NCBI GenBank assembly: GCA_965644265.1
Contig: OZ286462.1
Coordinates: forward strand, 25,854,001-25,918,000
Reading direction: 5' to 3'
Source of the DNA: Glycera tridactyla
Lineage: Eukaryota
DNA length: 64,000 nucleotides
Part shown: in pieces, positions 51,557 through 62,897 of the stretch
Numbering within the stretch: the first letter of the stretch is position 1
How the letters are laid out: every line of letters starts with the position of its first letter
Notes under the pieces: model-generated
What the model was told of the DNA's origin: nothing
The model's database searches: none
The model's input: the letters and a program-made list of their open reading frames with translations, nothing else
Position numbers and translations under genes: made by a program

Positions 51557-52133
51557 GACATATCTCCGGCACTTACTGCATCATTACATCATGCCTGGAA
51601 TGAATGTGACAGCATCTCTGGAATGACCAGCCCTTTTGCCTTATGTCTCGAGAATATGTGACATTATCTCTGGCATATTATACATCAGTGTGTAATGACT
51701 GGGAGGTATAATGAGTGTACAATGTACATGTAGTGATATACAGTCTGATATCCTCATCGAGCTCACCGAACTTTACAAATACATCCATTGGCAGGCCTGT
51801 TCAAGCTTGAGCCTTCCCAATCTGCCTGGGAAGTATACAACCACAGACACAGAATTCACTGCATGGGCTAAGTTCTCTACAATGACAGTCACGGCCCATA
51901 TGCCAAGTACCCATTTTCACCTTGATGTGATGAATTGGTGGATTACAGAGGTTCCACTCAGGTACCTCCACACAGAAATATTTTTGGTTTAAGCAGCCCT
52001 TTTTCCTTATGTCTGGAGAATATGTGGCAGTATCTCTGACATGACTTGCACTAATGCCAAATGTCTTAATGATGGGTGACACTTTCTCTGGCATATACTG
52101 CATGATGTCCGAGGAATATGAGACAGTCTCCCT

Positions 52134-53264
52134 GGCATAACCTGCACCCTTGTTGCATGCCTGAAAGAAACGAGGATGGTGAGCCGATCTGTGGCTTCTG
52201 TTTTGGCATAACCTGCACCCTTGTTGTATGCCTGAAAGAGACGAGGATGGTGAGCCGATCTGTGGCTTCTGTTCTGGCATAACCTGCACCCTTGTTGTAT
52301 GCCTGAAAGAGACGAGGATGGTGAGCCGATCTGTGGCTTCTGTTCTGGCATAACCTGCACCCTTGTTGTATGCCTGAAAGAGACGAGGATGGTGAGCCTA
52401 TCTGTGGCTTCTGTTCTGGCATAGCCTGCACCCTTGTTGTATGCCTGGAAGAGGCAAGGATGGTGAGCCGATCTGTGGCTTCTGTTCTGGTATAACCTGC
52501 ACCCTTGTTGTATGCCTGAAAGAGGCAAGGATGGTGAGCCGATCTGTGGCTTCTGTTCTGGCATAACCTGCACCCTTGTTGTATGCCTGAAAGAGGCAAG
52601 GATGGTGAGCCGATCTGTGGCTTCTGTTCTGGCATAACCTGCACCCTTGTTGTATGCCTGGAAGGGGGCGAGGATGGTGAGCCGATCTGCGGTTCTGGCA
52701 TAACCTGCACCCTTGTTGTATGCCTGAAAGAGACAAGGATGGTGAGCCGATCTGTGGCTTCTGTTCTGGTATAACCTGCACCCTTTGTGTATGCCTGAAA
52801 GAGACAAGGATGGTGAACCGATCTATGGCTTCTGTTCTGGCATAACCTGCACCCTTGTTGTATGCCTGAAAGAGACAAGGATGGTGAGCCGATCTGTGGC
52901 TTCTGTTCTGACATAACCTGCACCCTTGTTGTATGCCTGAAAGAGACGAGGATGGTGAGCCGATCTGTGGCTTCTGTTCTGACATGTCCTGCACCCTTAT
53001 TGTATGCCTGAAAGAGATGAGGATGGTGAGCCGATCTGTGGCTTCTGTTCTGGCATAACCTGCACCCTTGTTGTATGCCTGAAAGAGACGAGGATGGTGA
53101 GCCGATCTGTGGCTCCTGTTCTGGCATAACCTGCACCCTTGTTGTATGCCTGAAAGAAACGAGGATGGTGAGCCGATCTGTGGCTCCTGTTCTGGCATAA
53201 CCTGCACCCTTGTTGTATGCCTGAAAGAGAGGAGGATGGTGAGCCGATCTGGGGCTTCTGTTCT
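52134..53264. repeat. Minisatellite, 71-bp unit x16
   Basis: Unit ggcataacctgcacccttgttgtatgcctgaaagagacgaggatggtgagccgatctgtggcttctgttct; one 66-bp variant at 52631. Explains the long minus-strand ORFs at 52007-53325. Confidence 0.95.
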
Positions 53265-53871
53265 GACTGTTCCTCACGTAGTTGTCGGTATCGAGGTCGT
53301 CATGGTTGTCAATCTGTCGCGTCACAGTCTATCAAATTCACACTCGTTACAGTCTATCGAGTTCTCATCTATAGCGAATGGGAGAACTCCACAGCTTGTG
53401 GTCAATAATGGGACCAATCCAACATACCCAGCAGCTTTCCATCGGATTCTCAACAAGTCTGATGTAACTGGAGCATTTTTGAAAGTTTGAAAGAATCGTT
53501 TAGACGAATGAGAAACTAGATGCAGGACAGGGAGGGTACTAGAAGGACGACGGGATAGAGAGATTGGCTGTCGAACAGACAGTCAGCAAGCCCGCCAGAN
53601 NNNNNNNNNNNNNNNNNNNNNNNNNNNNNNNNNNNNNNNNNNNNNNNNNNNNNNNNNNNNNNNNNNNNNNNNNNNNNNNNNNNNNNNNNNNNNNNNNNNN
53701 NNNNNNNNNNNNNNNNNNNNNNNNNNNNNNNNNNNNNNNNNNNNNNNNNNNNNNNNNNNNNNNNNNNNNNNNNNNNNNNNNNNNNNNNNNNNNNNNNNNN
53801 NNNNNNNNNNNNNNNNNNNNNNNNNNNNNNNNNNNNNNNNNNNNNNNNNNNNNNNNNNNCATACTGACAGG

Positions 53872-53965
53872 CGGACAGGTGGACAGAGAGAAAGACAGAC
53901 ACACAGACAGACAGAAAGACAGACAGACACACAGACACACAGACAGATTGACAGACGGATCGATG

Positions 53966-54045
<80 letters not shown>

Positions 54046-54060
54046 GGCGGACGGGCAGAC
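53872..54060. repeat. (CAGA)n tetranucleotide microsatellite
   Basis: Perfect acag run at ~53966-54044, next to an assembly gap. Confidence 0.95.
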
Positions 54061-54599
54061 AGTTCTACAGTTCCTGTAGAGAATAAGGGCATAATACTTT
54101 CAGCAATCAATCATTGTCTGAAACAATGTAGAATCGTCTATACAAATAATTGACAGTGAATACAATCACAGGAATGTAAGTGGTAGAAATTGCGCTAGAA
54201 AAGGTATCATTCACAAACAGTCTTCTGCAAGGTGGAAATAAATCACTAGACCGACGTTAGAGAACGTCGCGTCGGAGAAAAATCCTCCCTCTTTCATTCG
54301 ATGTTTATTGAAACTACAAGCTAGTTCCTAGGTATCTTCTATTCTATAGGCTACTTCAGGTCCTACTGTCCCGGAGAATAAGGCTCGGTTTATTGCAGGC
54401 TTCGGGGAGGAGACTGTTTGAGTGATTAGTGTTGCTAGGGTAACAGTTTGCGGCTGGCTGACGTTACCAGTGAGACCCCGCAGCCAGTTCCTCCTGCTTC
54501 GACTCCCGGTCTGGCATATGTTGATACTATTCCATCTGGCCAACACCCACGAGCGACCAACTTTTAGACATTCTATTCCATTCCTTTTGCCCCATTTGC

Positions 54600-55720
54600 C
54601 ATTACCCACCGACCATAATGAATTTCATAATCTTCCAGTAGGGTATCTCTCATAAGCGACCACCAATAATGCATCCTATATTTTTCCATTTACCAATTTC
54701 CCATAACTCGCCAACCATTATGCATTCTACAATATTCGATCCGGCCATCACTCATGTGAGACAGAATGCAAGACATTATATTCTGTTCCATCCACCTATC
54801 TCCCAATAGCCATAAGCAACCACCCATGATGCTTTCTATAATACTCGATTTGGCTATCCTTAATAAGTAACCACCCATAATGCATTCTATGATACTCCAT
54901 TTGGCTATCCTTAATAAGTAACCTCCCATGATGCATTCTATATGACCATCTCCAATAGGCGACCAACTATAAGGCATCCTTCTCTATCCCATCTGTCCGC
55001 CAGAAGCCCCTAACCATACAGCATTCTATAATTTCCAGTTGGGCATTGCGCATAAGTACCCATCCACAATGTATTTCATAATATTCGATTTAGCAATCAC
55101 TCATAAGCGATCAACCATGATGCATTTCATACTGATCCCTTTAGATTCACCCATTGCTAACAATCATAATGCATTCCGTACTATTGGTGCCTGCCCATCA
55201 GTGACCAACTAGGATGCATCTCATACTTATCCTTAAGCCATCTCATGTTCGCAAGCAATTGTAATCATTCATGAGCAACCAACCAGAATGCATTCCATAC
55301 TATCCTAATTGATCATCAACCATGAGTGCCCAACTTCACTGCATCATATACCATTCCTGTGGTCATAACTGTAATGTATTCGATACTCTCCATTTTTTCT
55401 ATTCTATCACATTAGCCAATCTTTCAAAGGAGACCGATCAAACACATTGTATCCTATACTACTCCATTTGGCCATCACCAAACTATAATGTATTCTATAT
55501 TATTTCAGTCAGCCATTGCCTTATTGACCATTTGTAATCCATTCTTTGCAATATCATTTGGCCTTCGCCCATAAGAAATCAATTATTTCATTTTGCAATT
55601 GCCCGATATTTTTCAAGTATAAGGCATCCTATACAATATTCATAAGTGACTATCTAATATGCATTTAAAACTATCCGATTTGGCCATCACCCTTATGCGA
55701 CCAACTATAATGCAAAACTC
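54600..55720. repeat. Highly degenerate ~51-bp tandem array
   Basis: Best-preserved copies at 54820-54870 and 54871-54921 (ccacccatgatgc..ctataatactcgatttggctatccttaataagtaa). The motif ccataatgcattct recurs across the interval; boundaries are approximate. Confidence 0.6.
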
Positions 55721-56529
55721 CGTCGGAGACAAAGAAGGAGAAGTCATGAATGATCCCAGTCATGCGCATTGCATTGATGTAGCCCAGAGGGTGCTAATGG
55801 CAGAAAAAACAACCTTCCAACCAATGGTGGTCTGATGAAGCTCAACGAATTCCTCCTGTTAAATTTTGTCGAGGGTTCTTGGACAGAATCTTTCACATCT
55901 GATTATCCTTCTTTTAAGGCGGCTGCTTCTGCCCCTGCTTCTACTTTTGCTTCTAATGATGACCATGATGAAGAAGAAGAGGAAGAAAAAGAAAGGAAAG
56001 AATAGAATAGAAATGAAAACGGCAGGCGACTAGGGTTGGGGTTCGACGATGAGCATAAAAGAACAATCAAACGAACAATTTGAGTTTATATATTGTTACG
56101 AGTCAAATCTGGGTTAGAATGTAGACTACTTGTGTGTGTCAGAACCATCATGTTTGGCCCACCTAGCTATTTCTGTCACCAGCCTATCATCCATCACTGG
56201 CTGAAAAACTCACTCATCCATAGGTGGCGCTCACTTGGACTGGGCGCCAAAGTGACGTGCTAGCACTGCTTAGCGATGGATGCCTGCCTCCCTTTGATCT
56301 CCATCATCGATCAGATGAGGTGGCACTCAGTTCAAAGGTGCACGGAAGCCCGCCTCCTCCTCCCCCTTGGCCCCTTTCACTGAAGTGAGAGTGTGGTGAG
56401 AATAAGGTTGGTTCACTAAATAACTGCCTTTTTTCCAGAAAGCATATCGATGAAGATTTGAATCGAGGGATTGATAAGCAGAGCAATTAATCATCCTGAA
56501 TAGTGAATCTGTCCTCTCAGGAGTCCGAT

Positions 56530-56790
56530 TCATTGAGGTATAGGTGAAGTGAAAAATGCAAAGGTGTTTCATAGACGGAAGAAGGAATGCAACGGTATTT
56601 CATTGAGATATAGGTGGGCTCAGAATTGCATAGGTGTTTCATTGAGGTATGGGTGAGCTCAGAATTACCAAGGTGTATCATTGAGGTATAGGTCAGCTTA
56701 GGAATGCAAAAATGTTTCATTGAGGTATAGGTGAGCTCAGAATTGCAAGGGCATTCCATTGAGGAACAGGTGAGCTCAGAATTGCATAGG
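56530..56790. repeat. Degenerate ~39-bp tandem array, ~7 copies
   Basis: Recurring cattgaggtataggtgagctcagaattgca at about 56531, 56601, 56640, 56680, 56718 and 56757. Confidence 0.75.
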
Positions 56791-59754
56791 TGGTTTGAAT
56801 TCCATCGTTTGCTCATGGAATTGTGATCATTGTATGTGTTAATACCAGTTTGGAGTATATCGATGTTTTGCTGATGCGTTCTATGGCAGCCACCTCTTGT
56901 GTTGAGGCGTTCATAGCCCGGGAAACAATGCCCTACAACAAGCATGCCTTCTTCTCGCCTCAATGGCCGCACCACATGCACGCATCATAAATTCAAGAGG
57001 CAAGCCCCCCCCCCCCCCTCCCGACTCTCTCCACTCACCCCCATCACTTCAGCCAGCCTCCCAGCACCGCTCCATGGCAACCAGTCTCGGATAGGCCAAC
57101 ATAAAGCATCACTCAATAGGAAACAGTCAGCCTAGGCTCGCCAGTAAATCGCCATCAAAGACTTGTGTAATACTATACGGCCTGCGTTCACGCTCCGACG
57201 CCCCGTTTTCTTGTCATATATAGCGTCCACAAATAACTGGCGCGCTTCCAATAAACCGTCACCTGGTTCCTTCCCCCCTCCAGGCCCGGCTTGCGGTAAT
57301 CGCTCTGCCCTCAACGGATCCAATTCACCCTCTATTCTATTCACTGGCTTATTACGAACAGTTAGCATTCAATGGCAACTATTAGGTCATGACCTGTAAA
57401 TTTGAGGAACGTTGTTGTACTTTTTTGGGAACATTCGGGAGCAATATTTTTCCATGATAATGGGAAAAATACAGTCAAGAACATTCGAGAACAATATATT
57501 CCCATGATGATGAAATAGATATGCACATACTTTTTTGTCAATCTATGCAGTTTGGAACAACATCAAGAAATTCTGCGTGTCCAACAAAAAATTTATAGGG
57601 GCAGGCTGAACTTCGAGGAGGCTAAATATCCCAATTCTACCGGTCTCCCTATCCCTATGAGGAGTCGCCTTCATCTTCATTTTCATCGGTTGAGGGAGGT
57701 GAATTTGAAATTTCAACACCGATCCCGCGAATCCAACTTTCTCGAAAAGGTGGGAGACGATATCCCCCACACAAGGTATGTGTCTGATCTATTCGAGAAG
57801 TGACCAGCTCCCAACAAATGCCAATGAAAATATCTGCATTCATACCCTGGTAGAAATGAAGATACATTGTGTGCTGCTGATAACACTCAAATTTTGAGTG
57901 AGCCAATGTAATAACTGTATTTGGATAAAAAGATACAATGATGACAGAACATCACATGGGAAATAATACAACGGGATCATCCGTTCGTAAAGTAGAAGCA
58001 TATACTTTGGAATTCATCAGTGAAATCAACTGTTTGTTGAAACTCATTCAATTCATATCCTTCGACTACGAAATCTTTCTATAACTGGCGAATGTTCTCT
58101 GAGAATTCTGATAGTTAATGGATGGTATAATATCCTGCTCGTCAAGGACATACTTTGCTGTTATCTACAGGATTCAGATTGTTCAAACTAAAGGATATGG
58201 GGCCCTTATTTGGGAAGAATCAACACACACCATCTATAAAAAGACTGGTAATCAACAAAATTCAAATTTGTCACACTCAATTATATGAAGTAAATTCCTG
58301 GGAAGATTAAAGACATGTCATTTATGAAACGCTGAGGCCGTCTCGCTGCTCTTCTCGAATTATAGATTCAGTGGAACATAAGTTATCCTCAATAATCGAT
58401 CGTCCCCCTAGAAGATAAATACATCTTACTCTGTGGGGCCATCAATTCCACTGACTTGCCATATTGATCTCATGTTTATTTATAGAGTTGCATCTCGTAA
58501 TGTGAGATATAAAAATAGGATATAACCACCAAGCCGAGCAACGTTTTCAATCTAGGGTGTGATAGATTTGAAGTCTGCCAGAATGTCAGTATATTGCTTT
58601 TTTATTCATGTGAAATCTATCATCCGATTTAATATTGTTTTACCAGAACGAGAGTACAATGGCGCATGTCGGATTATATGCTCGTTGGGACATCCATACA
58701 CCTGCATTTTCTCGCATGAAAATATATTCAATGTTCAAAATGAAGTCGCCCCGCCTCTGAATTGACACACTTTCTCAATGGACGCCCATTTGAATAACTC
58801 GACCCCTCTCCCCCCGAACAGCTGAGCTGTCACGTAGATATGACGCATGACACCACTAGTTTTGGTATTCAAACACCTACAAAATGTGCTGTCTCCACCC
58901 AGTCAAAGTACACCTACACAGAAAGTAGAATAGCACAAGCCATCAGTTTGGCCCATCAATGCCACCAGCTGCTGTAATCTGGGCAGGTTTCACGACTCCC
59001 AACCGTGCTTATCATATTTGCTCGTGCACAAATGCGGCTGCTGACTGCGTTAGTGTGAGGTCAGTATGAGGGGAGTGAGTTGAAATCCAGCTTTGGCGGG
59101 AAGTGAGAAGATGCTATCACTCCCCTTCATAATATGATTTCGATAATACAGGTAGTTTTCAACTTGACTTTAAGGATGATAATCTCAACAAATGATTGAT
59201 GGGTTTTCGACAATCAAATGCCATCGGGATCATAGCATATAATTGCATGAAGTCGTACCGACTGAGTTATATCACTGAGTTGTATCGATTCATCTATATG
59301 AGACTTCAGTATTTCAGTGAAGTTGTTAATTCATGATGGCGATGAATACATCCGTATGCACCAAATGATAAATATTTATGAATATTTATGATAGCACATC
59401 ACAATATATACAGTAATAATAGTAACCATAGTGATTGTGCAGGTCAAGACCTCCATCATGGTCAGTGTATAGGGATTTGACAGGTGGTAGGATTGTGCTG
59501 GTTCAACGCCACACCAGCGCAATACCATCCTCTTCAAGTGTCTCCGATGGAAGATGTAGATTTATGAAATTTACAAACACTCATCTCTGAAGACAGGAAG
59601 ACAAAATCAGGGGGAGGTTTGAAAGCTGGATAGAAAAACTGCAGATACATCGACAGGGAGACAGACAGACAGATAGACGAACAGACTGCCTGGAAGGCTG
59701 CCAGACAAACAGGCAGACAGAACAGAACAGGCAGGAAACCCGATTAGTACTCAC

Positions 59755-59909
59755 TTGATCTCTAGTGATATAGGTGGGTTTATTCATGATGATCCATGTG
59801 GCAGTCTCATGGCAGCCTGGCTGGGTGAGCGAACCATCATAGGTGAAATAATCACTGGTCTGTGGTAGTAAATCATGTACTGACACGTGCCGTATCCGTA
59901 CTTGCTGAC
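59755..59909 (-). CDS. CA10: Carbonic anhydrase-related protein (CA10/CA11-like) exon
   Basis: Minus-strand acceptor tgtgtttgcag, donor CAA|gtgagt, 155 nt, phase 1 to 0. Encodes (G)QQVRIRHVSVHDLLPQTSDYFTYDGSLTQPGCHETATWIIMNKPTYITRDQ, the alpha-CA Y-x-GSLT-x-P-x-C-x-E...W...P motif in its CARP-type form. It is in phase with 50062-50190. Confidence 0.92.
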
Positions 59910-59940
59910 CTGCAAACACAGCCACAGAGAATAACGATCT

Positions 59941-60445
59941 GATAATAACAATAATGATAATGATGATAGCAATAATGATAATCATGATCATAATGATAAT
60001 AATGATACTGATTATGATAATGATAATAATGATAATAATGATACTGATGATAATAACAATGATAATAATAATGATAATAATAATATTAATAATAATAGTA
60101 ATAATAATAATGATAATAGTAATATTGATAATAATAATGATAATACTGATAATAATAACAATAATAATAATGATAATAATAATGATAATAATAATAACAA
60201 TGATAATGATAACAATGATAATGATAATGTAATGACGATGATGATGATAATAATAATAATGATAATAATAATAATAATAATATTGATATCAATAATGATG
60301 AAAATGATAATGATGATAATAATGATGATAATATTATCATAAATAATAATAGTTATAATCCCGATGATAATAATAACAGGAGTGATTATCATGACAATAT
60401 TATAATGATAATAATGATCATAATCATCATTATAATAATTATTAT
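59941..60445. repeat. Degenerate (ATA/ATG)n trinucleotide microsatellite
   Basis: ~500 bp of ataata/atgata triplets directly upstream of the CA10-like exon acceptor on the minus strand. Confidence 0.95.
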
Positions 60446-60670
60446 TTACAATCGGCTTCCCTAATAAGCGCCTTCAGGCTTGTGAATCCGACCCTCTGAG
60501 AAGCATGCACCAAATTCTCACCGTGAGTGTTCGCTGCCAGGTATCCCCACACCTGATACCTGAGTAAAAACTAACCTCTGGGTATTAGTACCTCCTGACC
60601 GCGATGACAGGTATTCGAGGCATGTGTCGATTTTCGTCACCAATCCGAATAGAGGGCCTATGCACCACTG
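60446..60670 (-). mobile_element. Possible 3' end of an L2-type LINE or LINE-tailed SINE
   Basis: The minus strand reads ...gaaggcgcttattagggaagccgattgtaaataataattatta directly into the (ATT)n tract, resembling L2-group 3' ends (AAGGCGCT..ATAAAT followed by ATT repeats). Recognised by pattern only. Confidence 0.3.
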
Positions 60671-60718
60671 CATGACAAAGCAGCTGAGAAGGAGATCTAG
60701 GCTTACGCATCCTAACTA

Positions 60719-60896
60719 CAGTCGAACCTCTCTCTAAAGACCGCTTTCGGTCGCATCGAAAAGTGGTCTTTATAGGGAGGTGGTCTTTATAGGGAGGTCA
60801 TCTCCTGTTGAAGATACTATCACGGTCGCAGCTCAGGGTGGTCTTTATAGGGAGGTGGTCTTTATAGAGAGGTGGTCTTTAGAGGAGGTTCGACTG
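60719..60896. mobile_element. Tc1/mariner (pogo/Tigger-type) MITE, 178 bp
   Basis: TA at 60717-18 and at 60897-98 (TA target duplication). Terminal inverted repeats CAGTCGAACCTC(T)CTCTAAAGACC / GGTCTTTAGAGGAGGTTCGACTG. Internal GGTCTTTATAGGGAGGT repeats and no ORF. Confidence 0.9.
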
Positions 60897-61151
60897 TAGT
60901 TGTGAAAAGAATGAGTCAGATTGACTGAAAAATTCAATCTCAGTGCAAAAGTATGGAGGGGAAGAGAGTCCTATAGATTGGGGTGGAATTTAATTAAACA
61001 ACGTTTATCGAATCATCGATTAAGACAGAATTCAGCTTCGGTGTTCGCGGGTTGCTAAGTGACGAGGCAGCTTGACATATCTCCCACGCAGGCTTCGCTT
61101 TCAAAAAGGTCTTCCTTCCTTTTCTTCTTCTCCGCCATCGTTACTAACATC

Positions 61152-61415
61152 ATCACCACCACCACCACCTCCACCACCACCTACACCAATGCCACCATCA
61201 TCAGCATCAGCATTAGCAGAACAATCCGTATCGTCAACAACAGGTACAACATGTAGGAAGAATTCCTGAGAGTAGATGCAAGATATCTTCCTCACCACCA
61301 CCACCACCACCACTACCACCACCACCACCACCACCACCATATTCACCACCCCGATTGCTCTCACAACCACCACCACAGGCACAACAAAAATTGGTACCAT
61401 AACCACCACCACCGC
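61152..61415. repeat. (CAC/ACC)n microsatellite clusters
   Basis: Runs of caccaccac at 61152-61200 and 61291-61412. Confidence 0.85.
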
Positions 61416-61946
61416 CTTCCCCTACAAACCATTTGATGGAGGTAAATGGCTATTTGAGCGGACTATAATGACTTATATGGACAATAATATTGGGGCGCCC
61501 ATGGGTTGGGATATGAGCATATTTTAGATGTCTCTATCTTAAGGACAGAAGAATCCATGAAGATGATACACATACATTGAATTTCTTCCCTCTTTCCAAA
61601 AACGCACCATCACGAATAATTCCCTGATCAAACTAGTGTGCAGTATCATTGTTACCATATCGATGAGAGCAATGAGCTGTATGAAAAATATGGCAAGTGA
61701 TACCATTGAGAAGCTCTAATGTGTGGCAGTGCCGAATCACCCTTTCAGAAAAAAGAATTAATAAATGTATACATTATCCATATCTCACCTTTATATCGTA
61801 CTTGCTTCATTTCTCTCGTAATCGTTTCCAACTGACTATTTAACGGCGTGCCAACCTGAAAACATACATACAAAACAATGTTTGATGGCGTGGCGGATAT
61901 AGACAAAACATATGATTCTGCGAATAAAGATGCTGTTCCTCCTTAC

Positions 61947-62897
61947 CATAGAGCAAGGGACAGAGTATGAACTTTCAGGACTGGGAAAGAAGGACGCATT
62001 GTTACCCGTTGATACACCCTCCTCGCCATGGAGCAAGGGACAGAGTATGAACTTTCATAACTGGGAAAGAAGGACGCCTTGTTACCCGTTGATACACCCT
62101 CCTCGCCATGGAGCAAGGGACAGAGTATGAACTTTCAAAACTGGGAAAGAAGGACGCATTCTTACCCGTTGATACACCCTCCTCGCCATGGAGCAAGGGA
62201 CAGAGTATGAACTTTCAGGACTGGGAAAGAAGGACGCCTTGTCACTCGTTGATACACCCTCCTCGCCATGGAGCAAGGGACAGAGTATGAACTTTCAAAA
62301 CTGGGAAAGAAGGACGCCTTGTCACTCGTTGATACACCCTCCTCGCCATGGAGCAAGGGACAGAGTATGAACTTTCAAAACTGGGAAAGAAGGACGCCTT
62401 GTTACCCGTTGATACACCCTCCTTGCCCTGGAGCAAGGGACAGAGTATGAACTTTCAAAACTGGGAAAGAAGGACGCCTTGTTACCCGTTGAAACACCCT
62501 CCTTGCCATGGAGCAAGGGGCAGAGTATGAACTTTCAGAACTGGGAAAGAAGGACGCATTGTTACCCGTTGATACACCCTCCTCGCCATGGAGCAAGGGA
62601 CAGAGTATGAACTTTCAAAACTGGGAAAGAAGGACGCCTTGTTACCCGTTGATACACCCTCCTTGCCATGGAGCAAGGGACAGAGTATGAACTTTCAAAA
62701 CTGGGAAAGAAGGACGCCTTGTTACTCGTTGATACACCCTCCTCGCCATGGAGCAAGGGACAGAGTATGAACTTTCAAAACTGGGAAAGAAGGACGCCTT
62801 GTTACTCGTTGATACACCCTCCTCGCCATGGAGCAAGGGACAGAGTATGAACTCTCAAAACTGGGAAAGAAGGACGCCTTGTTACTCGTTGATACAC
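61947..62897. repeat. Minisatellite, 80-bp unit x~12
   Basis: Unit catggagcaagggacagagtatgaactttcaaaactgggaaagaaggacgccttgttacccgttgatacaccctcctcgc. It generates the serial 60-64 aa ORFs in the track. Confidence 0.95.

Noticed and set aside
52007-53325. 419, 269 and 266 aa minus-strand ORFs
   Set aside because: They are products of the 71-bp minisatellite. The unit has no stop in any minus frame and 71 is not a multiple of 3, so the peptides cycle through all three frames.
59954-60392. Ile/Met/Tyr-rich ORFs
   Set aside because: Translations of the (ATA)n microsatellite.
61912-62850. Series of near-identical 60-72 aa ORFs (could be mistaken for a gene array or CRISPR)
   Set aside because: An 80-bp minisatellite with no unique spacers.
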